DNA from: Eledone cirrhosa
Taxonomy: Eukaryota
NCBI GenBank assembly: GCA_964016885.1
Contig: OZ024742.1
Coordinates: forward strand, 318,618,001-318,682,000
Length of the DNA stretch: 64,000 nucleotides
Reading direction: 5' to 3'
Shown here: one piece after another, positions 1 through 15,180 of the stretch
How positions within the stretch are numbered: the first letter of the stretch is position 1
Layout of the letters: each line of letters starts with the position of its first letter
Made by a program: the position numbers and the translations under genes
Notes under the pieces: model-generated
Told to the model about the DNA's origin: nothing
The model's input: the letters and a program-made list of their open reading frames with translations, nothing else
Database searches by the model: none

Positions 1-192
1 TATATGTATATATATATGTATGTATGTATATATATATATGTATATATATATGTATGTATATATATATATGTATATATATATGTATGTATGTATATATATA
101 TATGTATATATATATGTATGTATGTATATATATATATGTATATATATATGTATGTATGTATATATATATATGTGTATATATATGTATGTATG

Positions 193-223
<31 letters not shown>

Positions 224-257
224 GTATGTATGTATATATGTATGTATGTATATATAT
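1..257. repeat. Irregular (TA)nTG/TATG microsatellite tract, running off the window start
   Basis: Only T, A and G on the + strand; TA runs are punctuated by TG. Confidence 0.97.
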
Positions 258-1851
258 AACTTTGAATAACTTTGAAATGTTTTGGCCAGTATTGGCCCAG
301 GCCATGTCTAACTTAATAGCACCACCTGGCGAAGTCTTTCAATTCAGGATTTGGGCACCATGGCCCATTCGAGAAGAGAATTACTGTTTGCGGAGACATA
401 TCCGGGTGTGGGTGGTTTGTCCGGGATTACTTGGAGGAATTTGTCCAAAGACTTCTTGAATTTTGTGTGGTCAGTTTCTGTTTTGACGTGTCCTGGTGTG
501 ATGTTGAAGAGAGCAGGGCCGATTGAGGTGAAATAATTGTGCCGTATTGTTGTTATGAGTTGCGATTTAGATTTTTGAATGGGACGGATAGCACGGGGCC
601 CAAGCCTTGGGTGTATCTTGAAGGCGATGCCAACATCATTTGGGCAGTGATGATGGAACATTTTCCACATCATGCAGATAATATAACGCTCACGGCGACG
701 TTGGAGTGAGTAAAGTTTCAGGTTTTCCAATCGACCCCAGTAGTCAAGGTCTGACATGCCATCTATCTTTTTCGTGATTGCCCTTTGAGGAGCTTCAAGT
801 TTCATGATACTTTGTTTCGTGTGGGGAGACCACAGTGGACAACAGTATTCAAGGTGTGGTCGGGCGAAAGTAGAGAAGAGAAGGATAATGGTGCGGGAAT
901 CTCTCGACTGGAAGGTTCTGAGGATCCAGGAACACATTCTGCGGGCCATGTCAACTTTGCTGCTTATATGCGTGGTCCAGCTTATGTTGCTGTCCACGGT
1001 TACTCCCAAGTCTCTGATGTTGTTAGATGCCACGAGAGTTTCCCCGGAGGGAAGGGAGTACGGGAGTTTCAGAGCATCCTCTTTTCCAAAGTGGATCAGT
1101 TCGAATTTGTCTTCGTTCAGTAACATGTTGTTCTTTTCTGCCCATTGGGTAACAGCCAGTAGGTCTGACTGAAGGCTTATCCGGTCATCCACGCCATTGA
1201 TGACCTTTTGGAGCTTGGAATCATCAGCGAAAATTTTAATGTTGCTGTGTTTGATGATGTCAGTGATGTCATTAATATAGATGATGAAGAGAAGTGGGCC
1301 CAACACAGTGCCTTGTGGGACTCCACTACTGACTTTGGCTGGGCTTGATTTGACTCCCTCAACTACAACATGTTGGGTTCTGTTTGACAGGAAGCTCTTG
1401 ATCCACTGCAGCAGCTTTCCAGTGACACCAATATTGGACAGCTTTCTCAGTAGAATGTTATGATCAACCCTGTCAAAGGCCTTGCTGAAATCAAGGTAGA
1501 TAACATCAGTGTTGGAACCCTCTCCCAAGGCTCTCAAAATGTCATCAAAGTGATGCAGTAGTTGCGTCAGGCAATCCCTTCCATTACGGAATCCATGCTG
1601 GTTGGAGTTCAGCATATTGTTACTCTCAAGGAAGTGGGTCATTCGCGATCTCACCACTCGCTCAAATACCTTAATGATATGAGAGGTGAGTGAGATTGGA
1701 CGGTAATTCACGGCAAGGGATTTGTTTCCCTTTTTGAAAACTGGGACAACAGACTGGGATAGAAGGTTTTCTGGCACATATCCAGCATCCAGTGAGTTCC
1801 GCCACAGATTGGCAAGAGGAGAAGCAAGTTGGTGTTGACACGCCTTCAAGC
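258..1851 (-). mobile_element. 5'-truncated CR1-clade LINE (RT domain, C-terminus, short 3' UTR, TTCAAAGTT-type tail)
   Basis: Uninterrupted ORF 344..1849 has [52 protein letters not shown] and [11 protein letters not shown]. The 3' end reads ...catttcaaagttattcaaagtt, and both ends abut microsatellite. Confidence 0.92.
344..1849 (-). CDS. Partial LINE ORF2 reverse transcriptase (no true start; endonuclease domain missing)
   Basis: 501-aa open frame with the non-LTR RT motifs above. Confidence 0.85.
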   Translation of the reverse strand: MKACQHQLASPLANLWRNSLDAGYVPENLLSQSVVPVFKKGNKSLAVNYRPISLTSHIIKVFERVVRSRMTHFLESNNMLNSNQHGFRNGRDCLTQLLHHFDDILRALGEGSNTDVIYLDFSKAFDRVDHNILLRKLSNIGVTGKLLQWIKSFLSNRTQHVVVEGVKSSPAKVSSGVPQGTVLGPLLFIIYINDITDIIKHSNIKIFADDSKLQKVINGVDDRISLQSDLLAVTQWAEKNNMLLNEDKFELIHFGKEDALKLPYSLPSGETLVASNNIRDLGVTVDSNISWTTHISSKVDMARRMCSWILRTFQSRDSRTIILLFSTFARPHLEYCCPLWSPHTKQSIMKLEAPQRAITKKIDGMSDLDYWGRLENLKLYSLQRRRERYIICMMWKMFHHHCPNDVGIAFKIHPRLGPRAIRPIQKSKSQLITTIRHNYFTSIGPALFNITPGHVKTETDHTKFKKSLDKFLQVIPDKPPTPGYVSANSNSLLEWAMVPKS

Positions 1852-1888
1852 GTATGTATATATATATGTATGTATATATATATATATG

Positions 1889-1951
<63 letters not shown>

Positions 1952-2090
1952 ATATATATATGTATGTATATATATATATGTATGTATATATATATATGTA
2001 TGTATATATATATATGTATGTATATATATATATGTATGTATATATATATATGTATGTATATATATATATGTATGTATATATATATGTATG

Positions 2091-2130
<40 letters not shown>

Positions 2131-2250
2131 TATGTATGTATATATGTATGTATATATATATATGTATATATATATGTATGTATGTATATATATATATGTA
2201 TGTATGTATATATATATATGTATGTATATATATATATGTATGTATGTATG

Positions 2251-2300
<50 letters not shown>

Positions 2301-2418
2301 TATGTATATGTATATATATATGTATATGTATATATATATGTATATGTATATTTATATGTATATGTATATATATATGTATATATATATGTATGTATATATA
2401 TATGTATGTATATATATG
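1852..2418. repeat. Irregular (TA)nTG microsatellite tract
   Basis: Direct reading. Confidence 0.97.
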
Positions 2419-2798
2419 TCAGGTCACCAGTTGGTGCTACTGTTAACATGTATCCCAGTACAACCTGTCTCATGGTCGGGTCGTTGGCAACTAAACTGGC
2501 AACCCCACCAAGGTTTCTTGGTGAGGAGGGTGACTTTGGACATCCTGCAGGACTAAAAACAAAACCTGTCAAAGGGCAAAGGAGCTCTTAAGAGTCAATG
2601 GCCATCCAAAATCACCGGGAGAGATGACCCCTTAGCCTTTGTCAAGGCAGAATTCTAGGAGAAGGAAAACTCTGATATAACACCTGCAACCCTGATGGTA
2701 TCCAATGATGTTGACTTGTTCTTCTTTTTGGTAAATATCATCTTGGTTAAGAGAGTGGGACTGGCTTTGTGCAGTGCCTTTGCTCACTATAAAAGCTT
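2419..2798 (+). mobile_element. RTE-type 5' UTR fragment, 3'-truncated (second RTE family)
   Basis: Near-identical to 3493-3848. Contains ctaggagaaggaaaactctga, a motif I recall from RTE 5' UTRs. Ends abruptly at aaaagctt, running into (TA)n. Confidence 0.65.
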
Positions 2799-2811
2799 AT
2801 ATATATATATG

Positions 2812-2854
<43 letters not shown>

Positions 2855-2913
2855 AGATGTATATATATATGTATGTATATATATATGTATGTGTATATAT
2901 ATATATATATATG

Positions 2914-2980
2914 TAAGTTAGACATGGCCTGGGCCAATACTGGCCAAAACATTTCAAAGTTATTCAAAGTTCAAAGTTAT
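2914..2980 (+). mobile_element. 67-bp 3'-terminal stub of the CR1 element at 258-1851, in opposite orientation
   Basis: taagttagacatggcctgggccaatactggccaaaacatttcaaagttattcaaagtt is the reverse complement of 258-315, followed by one extra tail unit. Confidence 0.93.
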
Positions 2981-3314
2981 ATGTATGTATGTATGTATAT
3001 ATATATGTATGTATATATATATGTATATATATATATATATGTATATATATATGTATATATGTATATATATATATATATGTATATATATATGTATATATGT
3101 ATATATATATATATATGTATATATATATGTATATATGTATATATGTATATATATATGTATATATGTATATATATATGTATATATGTATATATATATGTAT
3201 GTATGTATATATATATGTATGTATATATATATGTATATATATATGTATGTATATATATATGTATGTATATATATATGTATGTATATATATATGTACGTAT
3301 ATATATATGTATGT

Positions 3315-3345
<31 letters not shown>

Positions 3346-3461
3346 TGTATATATGTATGTATATATATATATATGTATGTATATATATATGTATGTATAT
3401 ATATATGTATGTATATATATATGTATATATATGTATGTATGTATATATATGTATGTATATT

Positions 3462-3492
<31 letters not shown>
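2981..3492. repeat. Irregular (TA)nTG microsatellite tract
   Basis: Direct reading. Confidence 0.97.
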
Positions 3493-3493
<1 letters not shown>

Positions 3494-4075
3494 TGTATCC
3501 CAGTACAACCTGACCCATGGTCGGGTCGGGTCGTTGGCGACTAAACTGGCAACCCCACCAAGGTTTCTTGGTGAGGAGGGTGACTTTGGACATCCTGCAG
3601 GACTAAACACAAGACCTGTCAAAGGGCAAAGGAGCTCTTAGGAGTCAATGGCCATCCAAAATCACCGGGAGAGATGACCCCTTAGCCTTTGTCAAGGCAG
3701 AATTCTAGGAGAAGGAACACTCTGATATAACACCTGCAACCCTGATGCTATCCAATGATGTTGACTTGTTCTTCTTTTTGGTAAATATCATCTTGGTTAA
3801 GAGAGTGGGACTGGCTTTGTGCAGTGCCTTTGCTCACTATAAAAGCTTCACGGCACAGGCATTGCTTTATATCTGGAGATCTCTCTGCACTTGTCGTCAC
3901 AGGGTACCATGGGCCCAGCACTATGTGTCAATATTTGTCACAAGTGTAGTGTTTGTACCAGAGTTTTCAAGTCGCTGGCTGGACTAAAAAGTCACACTCG
4001 TTCAGCGCATCGGTAGGGGTTCTCCTACATGGATATAAAGTAGTGGCCGTACTCGAAAACGAGTTGGCAGCCACC
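3493..4075 (+). mobile_element. Short internally deleted non-autonomous RTE element (5' UTR fused to ORF2 C-terminal C2H2 finger and 3' end)
   Basis: The 5' part matches 2448-2798. 3909-4016 translates [35 protein letters not shown] (C2H2 finger as at the end of RTE/BovB-like ORF2). A terminal hairpin ctcg-aaaa-cgag precedes the microsatellite. Confidence 0.7.
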
Positions 4076-4248
4076 ATATATATATGTATGTATATATATA
4101 TGTATGTATATATATATGTATATATATATATATATGTATGTATGTATATATATATATATATATATGTATGTATATATATATGTATGTATATATATATATA
4201 TGTATATATATATGTATGTATATATATATGTATGTATGTATGTATATA

Positions 4249-4297
<49 letters not shown>

Positions 4298-4541
4298 ATA
4301 TGTATGTATATATATATGTATATATATGTATATATATATGTATATATATATATGTATGTATGTATATATGTATGTATATATATATGTATATATATGTATA
4401 TATATATATGTATATATATGTATATATATATATGTATGTATGTATATATGTATGTATGTATATATGTATGTATGTATATATGTATATATATATATGTATG
4501 TATATATATATATATGTATGTATATATGTATGTATGTATAT

Positions 4542-4582
<41 letters not shown>

Positions 4583-4602
4583 TGTATATATATGTATGTA
4601 TG

Positions 4603-4633
<31 letters not shown>

Positions 4634-4764
4634 GTATGTATATATGTATGTATATATATATATATGTATGTATATATATATATATGTATGTATATATATA
4701 TATGTATATATATATGTATGTATATATGTATGTATATATATATATATGTATGTATATATATATG

Positions 4765-4829
<65 letters not shown>

Positions 4830-4860
4830 GTATGTATATATATATGTATATATATATATG

Positions 4861-4920
<60 letters not shown>

Positions 4921-5018
4921 TATGTATGTATATATATATATATGTATGTATATATATATATATGTATGTATATATATATATGTATGTATATATATATGTA
5001 TATATATATATATGTATG

Positions 5019-5051
<33 letters not shown>

Positions 5052-5056
5052 GTATG

Positions 5057-5103
<47 letters not shown>

Positions 5104-5104
5104 G

Positions 5105-5155
<51 letters not shown>

Positions 5156-5224
5156 TTATATATGTATATATATATATGTATGTATATATATATGTGTATA
5201 TATATATGTGTATATATATATGTG

Positions 5225-5264
<40 letters not shown>

Positions 5265-5314
5265 TATGTATGTATATATATATGTGTATATATATATGTG
5301 TATATATATATGTG

Positions 5315-5384
<70 letters not shown>

Positions 5385-5425
5385 CATATGTATGTATATA
5401 TATGTATGTATATATGTATGTATAT
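4076..5425. repeat. 1.35-kb irregular (TA)nTG microsatellite tract
   Basis: Direct reading. Confidence 0.97.
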
Positions 5426-5456
<31 letters not shown>

Positions 5457-7130
5457 GCTGGATGCCCTTCCTAACACCAACCACATTTACAGTGTGGGGC
5501 TGGGAGGTTTTTACCGTGTTGCTTACACGGCCACATTACAGCGTGGACTGTCTGGCGGGTTTTCTACAGCTGGATGCTCTTCCTAACACCAACCACATTT
5601 ACAGTGTGGGGCTGGGAGGTTTTTACCGTGTTGCCTACACGGCCACATTTACAGCGTGGACTGTGTGTTTTTTGTCGTGACACCTACACGATCTCATTTG
5701 TTTCGGCCTGGATGTTGTGGGACCAACATAACTTTACATTGAAAGGGGCGGTGTGGGTGGGGTGGAGGTGGTGGGACGGGGGTGTGTTTTGATAGAGATG
5801 CCTACCGACTGTAGTAGGTTTTTACTTTGTATTTAGGTAAGGCGGGTCTTCTCTATTACTGAGTACCGCCAAAGGTCTCGGTCCAGTGACATTGTCTTGG
5901 AGAGGTGTAAGCGTGTGCGGTCGGAATTTATCAGCTCGTCCCATGTTTTTCTGGGTCTGCCTACTCCGTGGCTACCGTCTATCTTTATTGCCCTGCACTT
6001 TGTTATACAGCTGTCGTCTTTCATGTGCATCACGTGACCGTACCAACGTCGCCTTCTCTCGAGTAAACAACATCTGATCCCTCTTATTTCTAATTTTTTC
6101 CTTAGTTCGTTTATGCTTTGCCGTTCACGTATATTACTATTGCACATCCAGCGGAGCATGCAAGCTTCGTTCCTCTCTAGTCTGCGTATATCCTCTGCAC
6201 ACAATGCCCAGGTCTCACTGCCATGCAGCATTGCTGTTCGTATGCAGGCATCGTATAACCTGCCTTTCATTTTTAGGGAGAACCCTCTAGCGGCTAATAG
6301 TGGTATAAGCTCTCTGAACTTTTTCCATCCAGTTCTGACTCTAGCTACTGTACTTTCAGAGCACCCTCCCCCACTGCTGATTTTGTCACCCAGATAACGG
6401 AAGCTGTCCACTATTTCTATAGAACCCTCTGCGCAGTTGAAGGAGCTAGTATTTTGTGGGCACTTGCTGCTACTTATTGCACCAGAGCACCGGCCACATG
6501 TAAAATCTATGTTCTTTGTTAGCTTACCTGTGATCCCACTACATCTTTTATGCACCCATACTTTGCATTTGGGACATAAAATGGAGTTTCTACCTACGCC
6601 TTTCCTACACACTGAGCATGGCCATTTCCCCGATGGGACCGCCGCCTTATTTTCTTTCCTACAAACTAGAACTTTAGTCTTAGCCAGGTTAATTTTAAGG
6701 CCTTTTGATTCTAGGCCGTGCTTCCACGTTTGGAATTTCTTCTCTAGTTCGGTCATTGATTCAGCTATGAGCGTTAGATCATCTGCGTATAGGAGTTCCC
6801 ATGGGCAGCCGGTCTTGAACTCCTCTGTTATAGCCTGAAGGGCAATAATAAATAGTAGGGGGCTAAGAACAGAGCCCTGATGGACACCAACTTTTACGCT
6901 AAACTCTTCACTATATTCGTTGTTAATTCTAACCTTACTGACTGTTTCTTTATACATGGCTTGTATAGCTCTCAGAAGCCATTCGTCAACACCTAGTTTT
7001 CTAAGAGACCACCAGATAATGGAACGGGGGACTCTGTCGAAGGCTTTCTCCAAGTCGACGAAAGCTAAGTATAGGGGTTTACTTTTAGCTAGGTACTTCT
7101 CCTGTAGTTGTCGTACAATGAAAAGAGCAT
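5426..7130 (-). mobile_element. 5'-truncated RTE-clade LINE, same family as 15181-19048; (GAT)n tail
   Basis: ORF 5833..7053 has [25 protein letters not shown], a PHD-like Cys/His cluster, WYGHV and GRPRKTW. The tail is (ATC)n on +. The 3' UTR carries a ~112-bp tandem duplication. Confidence 0.93.
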
Positions 7131-7131
7131 A

Positions 7132-7176
<45 letters not shown>

Positions 7177-7485
7177 ATGTATATATATATGTATATATAT
7201 ATATATGTATGTATATATATATGTATATATATATATGTATGTATATATGTATGTATATATATATATATGTATATATATATATGTATATATATATATGTAT
7301 GTATATATGTATGTATATATATATATGTATGTATATATGTATGTATATATATATATGTATGTATATATATATGTATGTATATATATATGTATATATATAT
7401 ATGTATGTATATATATATACGTATGTATATATATATATGTATGTATATATGTATGTATATATATATATGTATGTATATATGTATG

Positions 7486-7554
<69 letters not shown>

Positions 7555-7675
7555 GTATGTATATGTATGTATATATATGTATATATATGTATATATATAT
7601 ATGTATATATATGTATGTATGTATATATATATATGTATGTATATATATATATGTATGTATATATATTTATGTATG

Positions 7676-7744
<69 letters not shown>

Positions 7745-7887
7745 GTATATGTATGTATATATATATGTGTATATATATATGTGTATATATATATGTATAT
7801 ATATATGTATGTATATATGTATATATATATATATGTATGTATATATGTATGTATATATGTATGTATGTATATATATATATATGTATG

Positions 7888-7927
<40 letters not shown>

Positions 7928-8103
7928 TATGTATATATATATATGTATGTATATATATATATGTATGTATATATATATATATATGTATGTATATATATAT
8001 ATATGTATGTATATATGTATGTATATATATATGTATGTATATATGTATGTATGTATGTATGTATATATATATATATATGTATATATGTATATATATATGT
8101 ATA
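7131..8103. repeat. Irregular (TA)nTG microsatellite tract
   Basis: Direct reading. Confidence 0.97.
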
Positions 8104-8142
8104 TAATATATAAGATCAAAAGATGGTTAAATGAGTTCCATG

Positions 8143-8210
8143 TATTTTATTATGCGCATTTCAAAAACAAATATCATGCAATAACATTTGTGTTTTCATC
8201 AGATAAAATA
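8143..8210 (-). ncRNA. Minimal type I hammerhead ribozyme in the PLE 3' end
   Basis: The minus strand reads UAUUUUAU-CUGAUGA-[33-nt stem II hairpin]-GAAA-U-GCGC-A-UA^AUAAAAUA: 8-bp stem I, intact core and palindromic stem III. Confidence 0.85.
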
Positions 8211-8566
8211 GTAGGACATGATATGAAGGTTAAAAAACACCTGTGGATAGTGCAGTTTTAAATCAACATATGAAAAGTAGTTTTAGATTGATGTGATATT
8301 GGGAAAACATTTTTTTGAGGGTGGGTTGGAAAGGATGAAAAAAAGGAGGAGATGAGAGTAAAAAGTGGAGGGGGAGGAGTATAGTGAGGAAGGATGAGAT
8401 AGGAGGAGAGATGGGTGATAGAGAGAGAGAGATAGCTTTTATAACTGAGAAAAATATATTGTTTTACATAGAGAGGTTGAAAAAACCGTTGGAAGATAAT
8501 GTATAAATTAAAAGAATTTGAAAATTAACGAAGAGAAAAATAATGTAAAGTTAAGGTTTGTATATT

Positions 8567-8735
8567 GAAGGGTTTAATAATATGTGCGATGAAAGAAATT
8601 GTTAATATGTATTAAGAATAATGTTTAAGGGTTTAATAATATGTGCGATGGAAAGAAAATGTTAATATGTATTAAGAATAATATTTAAGGGTTTAATAAT
8701 ATGTGCGATGGAAAGAAAATGTTGATATGTATTAT
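8567..8735. repeat. ~3 copies of a ~59-bp tandem repeat in the PLE 3' UTR
   Basis: aagggtttaataatatgtgcgatg(g)aaagaaa(a/t)tgttaatatgtattaagaataat recurs three times. Confidence 0.85.
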
Positions 8736-9100
8736 TAAAAAAACAGAAGTAATGTAAGTAAGGATATATTGGGAGATGAGCATGAATAAGTTAGATGAAA
8801 GGGAGAAAAAAATAATGAATAGAGGATGAATAATCTAATGTCAAAAAATGTTTGTTTACGAAGGATTTTTTCAAGGTGATATGAAGTAAGAATATGGTGT
8901 ATTGTGTAATAATTGTTTCTATGTTAGGCACAGTGAGAAAAGGTACAGATTAGGGGTTAGAAATTAGGAGTGATGTAGAATATAATAAATATAATAAATA
9001 ACTTTGAAATAAGGTAGAAAGATGGGTATATTTTTAAAGAAGTATATATATATATATGTGCCTTTGAGAAAAGGATTCTGAATTGATAAAGTTTATCATA

Positions 9101-10598
9101 TTAGCTGTATACTTTATGGAAAGTTCTGTGGAATTTATGCAAGCAGATAGAAAACAAGTCAGTGCGTCTATTTATTATAGAATCTAAATTAGAAATAATG
9201 GTAAATTTTTCATTTAGACAGAGATTGCAAGTCTTAGATAGAGAACTGTTCAAGTTTGAAGAAGCAGAGGAAACCTTTTCCCAAGAGATGCTATATTTAA
9301 TATTTTTGTCTTTCAAGGACCATATGAGTTCTGAGAGAGCTGTGTTAGTTCTTTTAAGTTTATATTTAAAAGACGAATGATGATTATAAAGACGAGCTTT
9401 AAAGGAGGTGGAAGTGGAGCCAAAATAGGTGATGGAATTGGTGTCAGTTATAACTTTACATTTGTAAATTAAGATTTTATCAAGACAATGGTTGTTGAGA
9501 GGACATTTATTTTTAGCAGGGCAATTGAGATTAGATAGATTATTAACGAGTGACCTAGTGTTATCTATAGAAGGAATTGGATTGGAGAAGTTATTGGCGA
9601 TAGGAATAATAGTTTCTTGATTTAGAATGGGATTAAGAACATTTAGCGAAGTTGTGTTTGACGTTGTATTTGGGTTTGCAGAAATTAGCCTAGAGTTTAC
9701 AATGACGTCGGGAGTACTATTACTATTATTATGATATTCAGTGTTGGAAGGAAGAGATTTAGTATTTAGCATTTTATTGTTGTGTTTAGAGATAATGTTG
9801 GAAATGTTGGAGGATGTTGAATAGGAAAATTTTATAGTGTGTTTGTTAAATATTTTACTATAGATATGTGAGGGAGGGAAGCATTTATTTAAGGCACTAA
9901 AGAATAATTTAGGAATATTATTAATAGAGATGGAGAAAGGAGCATTATACCAGATTATGTTTTTGTATCTAGGTCTTTTATTAAAGTTATTGGAATGATC
10001 ATGATTAATTATTCTACTGTAAGATCTTCTAGAATTTGTTTCTTTATTATATTTGATTTTATCAGGATAGCCGGCTTTAGAAAGAGCGTTATTATAGTAA
10101 CTGGCGTTAGCATCGAAGATGTTTTTATTAGAAGATAGGTTAGACATTCTTTTTCCAATATTACTAACTATGGCATTCTTAATATTGGTAGGGTGGTTAG
10201 ATTTAAAATTAACATAATTTAGGTTCTCATTGTTTTTATGGTAAGGGTAATATAGGCCAGTGTCAAGATTAAGAGATACATCCAAGAAATTAGCTAGTTT
10301 GATGCTGTTATCAAATTCAATTTTTAGGTTATGTTGGTTAAAGAGATTACGTATATTGTTCTTAATAATATTAAGGTTAACTGTGTTGCAATTTAAGATA
10401 GTAAAGAGTCCATCGTCACGATAAATTCCACCATGAAGTTGAGGAATTTTCCGACTCAAAGAGTTCAAAATAAAGATACCAATTAAATCTGTCAATTGGG
10501 ATGAATCGGATGCTCCCATTGTGATGTCGAAGTTGTTAGAGGTATCAGCTCTGGTCCAATATTCATTGTTGAACTCAAGGATGGTTTTACGTGCGGTG
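9101..10598 (-). CDS. Partial Penelope-like RT/GIY-YIG polyprotein
   Basis: Open frame of ~498 codons. The MMMMMM/IHIY N-terminus in the track comes from the neighbouring RTE tail and microsatellite. Confidence 0.82.
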
Positions 10599-10600
10599 AT

Positions 10601-10634
<34 letters not shown>

Positions 10635-10640
10635 ATATGT

Positions 10641-11535
10641 ATCATCATCATCATCATCAACGTTTAACGTCCGTGTTCCACGCTTGCATGAGTTTGGACG
10701 GGGGTTTTCCCATTTAAGGCAAGAGTGATTGTCTTGCTCGCATAGGACTATCTGGCGGGTTTTCTACAGCTGGATGCCCTTCCTAACACCAACCACATTT
10801 ACAGTGTGGGGCTGGGAGGTTTTAACCGTGTTGCCTACACGGCCACATTTCAGCGTGGACTGTCTGGCGGGTTTTCTACAGCTGGATGCCCTTCCTAACA
10901 CCAACCACATTTACAGTGTGGGGCTGGGAGGTTTTTACCGTGTTGCCTACACGGCCACATTACAGCGGGAACTGTGTGTTTTTTTGTCGTGACACCTACA
11001 CGATCTCATTTGTTTCGGCATGGATGTTGTGGCACCAACATAACTTTACATTGAAAGGGGTGGTGTGGATGGGGTGGGGGTGGGGGGGGGATGTATTTTG
11101 TTAGAGATGCCTACTGACTGTAGTAGGTTTTACTTTGTATTTAGGTAAGGCGGGTCTTCTCTATTACTGAGTACCGCCAAAGGTCTCGGTCCAGTGACAT
11201 TGTCTTGGTGAGGTGTAAGTGTGTGAGGTCGGAATTTATCAGGTCGTCCCAGGTTTTTTCTGGGTCTGCCTACAGCTGTCGTTTTTCATGCGCATCACGT
11301 GACCATACCAACGTAGCCTTCTCTCGAGTAAACAACATCTGATCCCTCTTATTTCTAATTTTTCCCTTAGTTCGTTTATGCTTTGCCGTTCACGTATATT
11401 ACTATTTCACATCCAGCGGAGCATGCAAGCTTCGTTCCTCTCTAGTCTGCGTATATCCTCTGCACACAATGCCCAGGTCTCACTGCCATGCAACATTGCT
11501 GTTCGTATGCAGGCATCATACAACCTGCTTTTCAT
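10641..11535 (-). mobile_element. 5'-truncated RTE LINE copy with complete 3' end and an internal deletion near 11272
   Basis: Matches the reverse complement of 18245-19048. It has an (ATC)n tail, encodes [18 protein letters not shown], and carries the 3' UTR duplication seen at 5426-7130. Confidence 0.92.
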
Positions 11536-11689
11536 ATATATGTATATATATATATATATATATATGTAGGAGGTGAGTTTTATTGTAGTACAATAAAGCA
11601 ATGCAAATATCGGATAAGAAGCACTCTACAGTTTGTAGGACTGGAGTATACATAATATAAGATCAAAAGATGGTTAAAGGAGTTCCATG

Positions 11690-11760
11690 TATTTTATTAT
11701 GCGCATTTCAAAAACAAACATCATCATGCAATAATATTTGTGTTTTCATCAGATAAAACA
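11690..11760 (-). ncRNA. Minimal type I hammerhead ribozyme (left arm of palindrome)
   Basis: Reverse complement of 11794-11864; intact CUGAUGA / GAAA / AUA core. Confidence 0.82.
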
Positions 11761-11793
11761 GGAGAACATGATATGAAGGCTATCATGTTCTCC

Positions 11794-11864
11794 TGTTTTA
11801 TCTGATGAAAACACAAATATTATTGCATGATGATGTTTGTTTTTGAAATGCGCATAATAAAATA
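11794..11864 (+). ncRNA. Minimal type I hammerhead ribozyme (right arm of palindrome)
   Basis: tgttttat-CTGATGA-aaacacaaatattattgcatgatgatgtttgttttt-GAAA-t-gcgc-a-TA-ataaaata. Confidence 0.85.
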
Positions 11865-11899
11865 CATGGAACTCCTTTAACCATCTTTTGATCTTATAT

Positions 11900-15050
<3,151 letters not shown>

Positions 15051-15086
15051 ATATGTATATATATATATATATATATATGTATATAC

Positions 15087-15132
<46 letters not shown>

Positions 15133-15180
15133 CATTATATATATATATATGTATATACATTATATATATATATATATGTA

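Larger units (their letters stand above)
8104..10600 (-). mobile_element. 5'-truncated Penelope-like element (RT + C-terminal GIY-YIG endonuclease; Naiad-like) with a long 3' UTR/pLTR
   Basis: The ORF ending at 9101 has FDITMG, GIYRDDGL, NFLDVSLNL, SNHP, IIWYNAPFS, a CX5CX5C linker (CPAKNKCPLNNHC), LIY...YFGST...FKARLYNH and CNLCLNEK. A hammerhead motif lies near the 3' end. The clade assignment is from memory of motifs and is tentative. Confidence 0.88.

Noticed and set aside
5745-5785. G-quadruplex-like run
   Set aside because: It is the antisense of a C-rich RTE 3' UTR patch that varies between copies; there is no evidence of function.
9101-10598. Selenoprotein-type PLE with UGA recoding
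   Set aside because: No in-frame TGA in the retained ORF; I identified no SECIS element.
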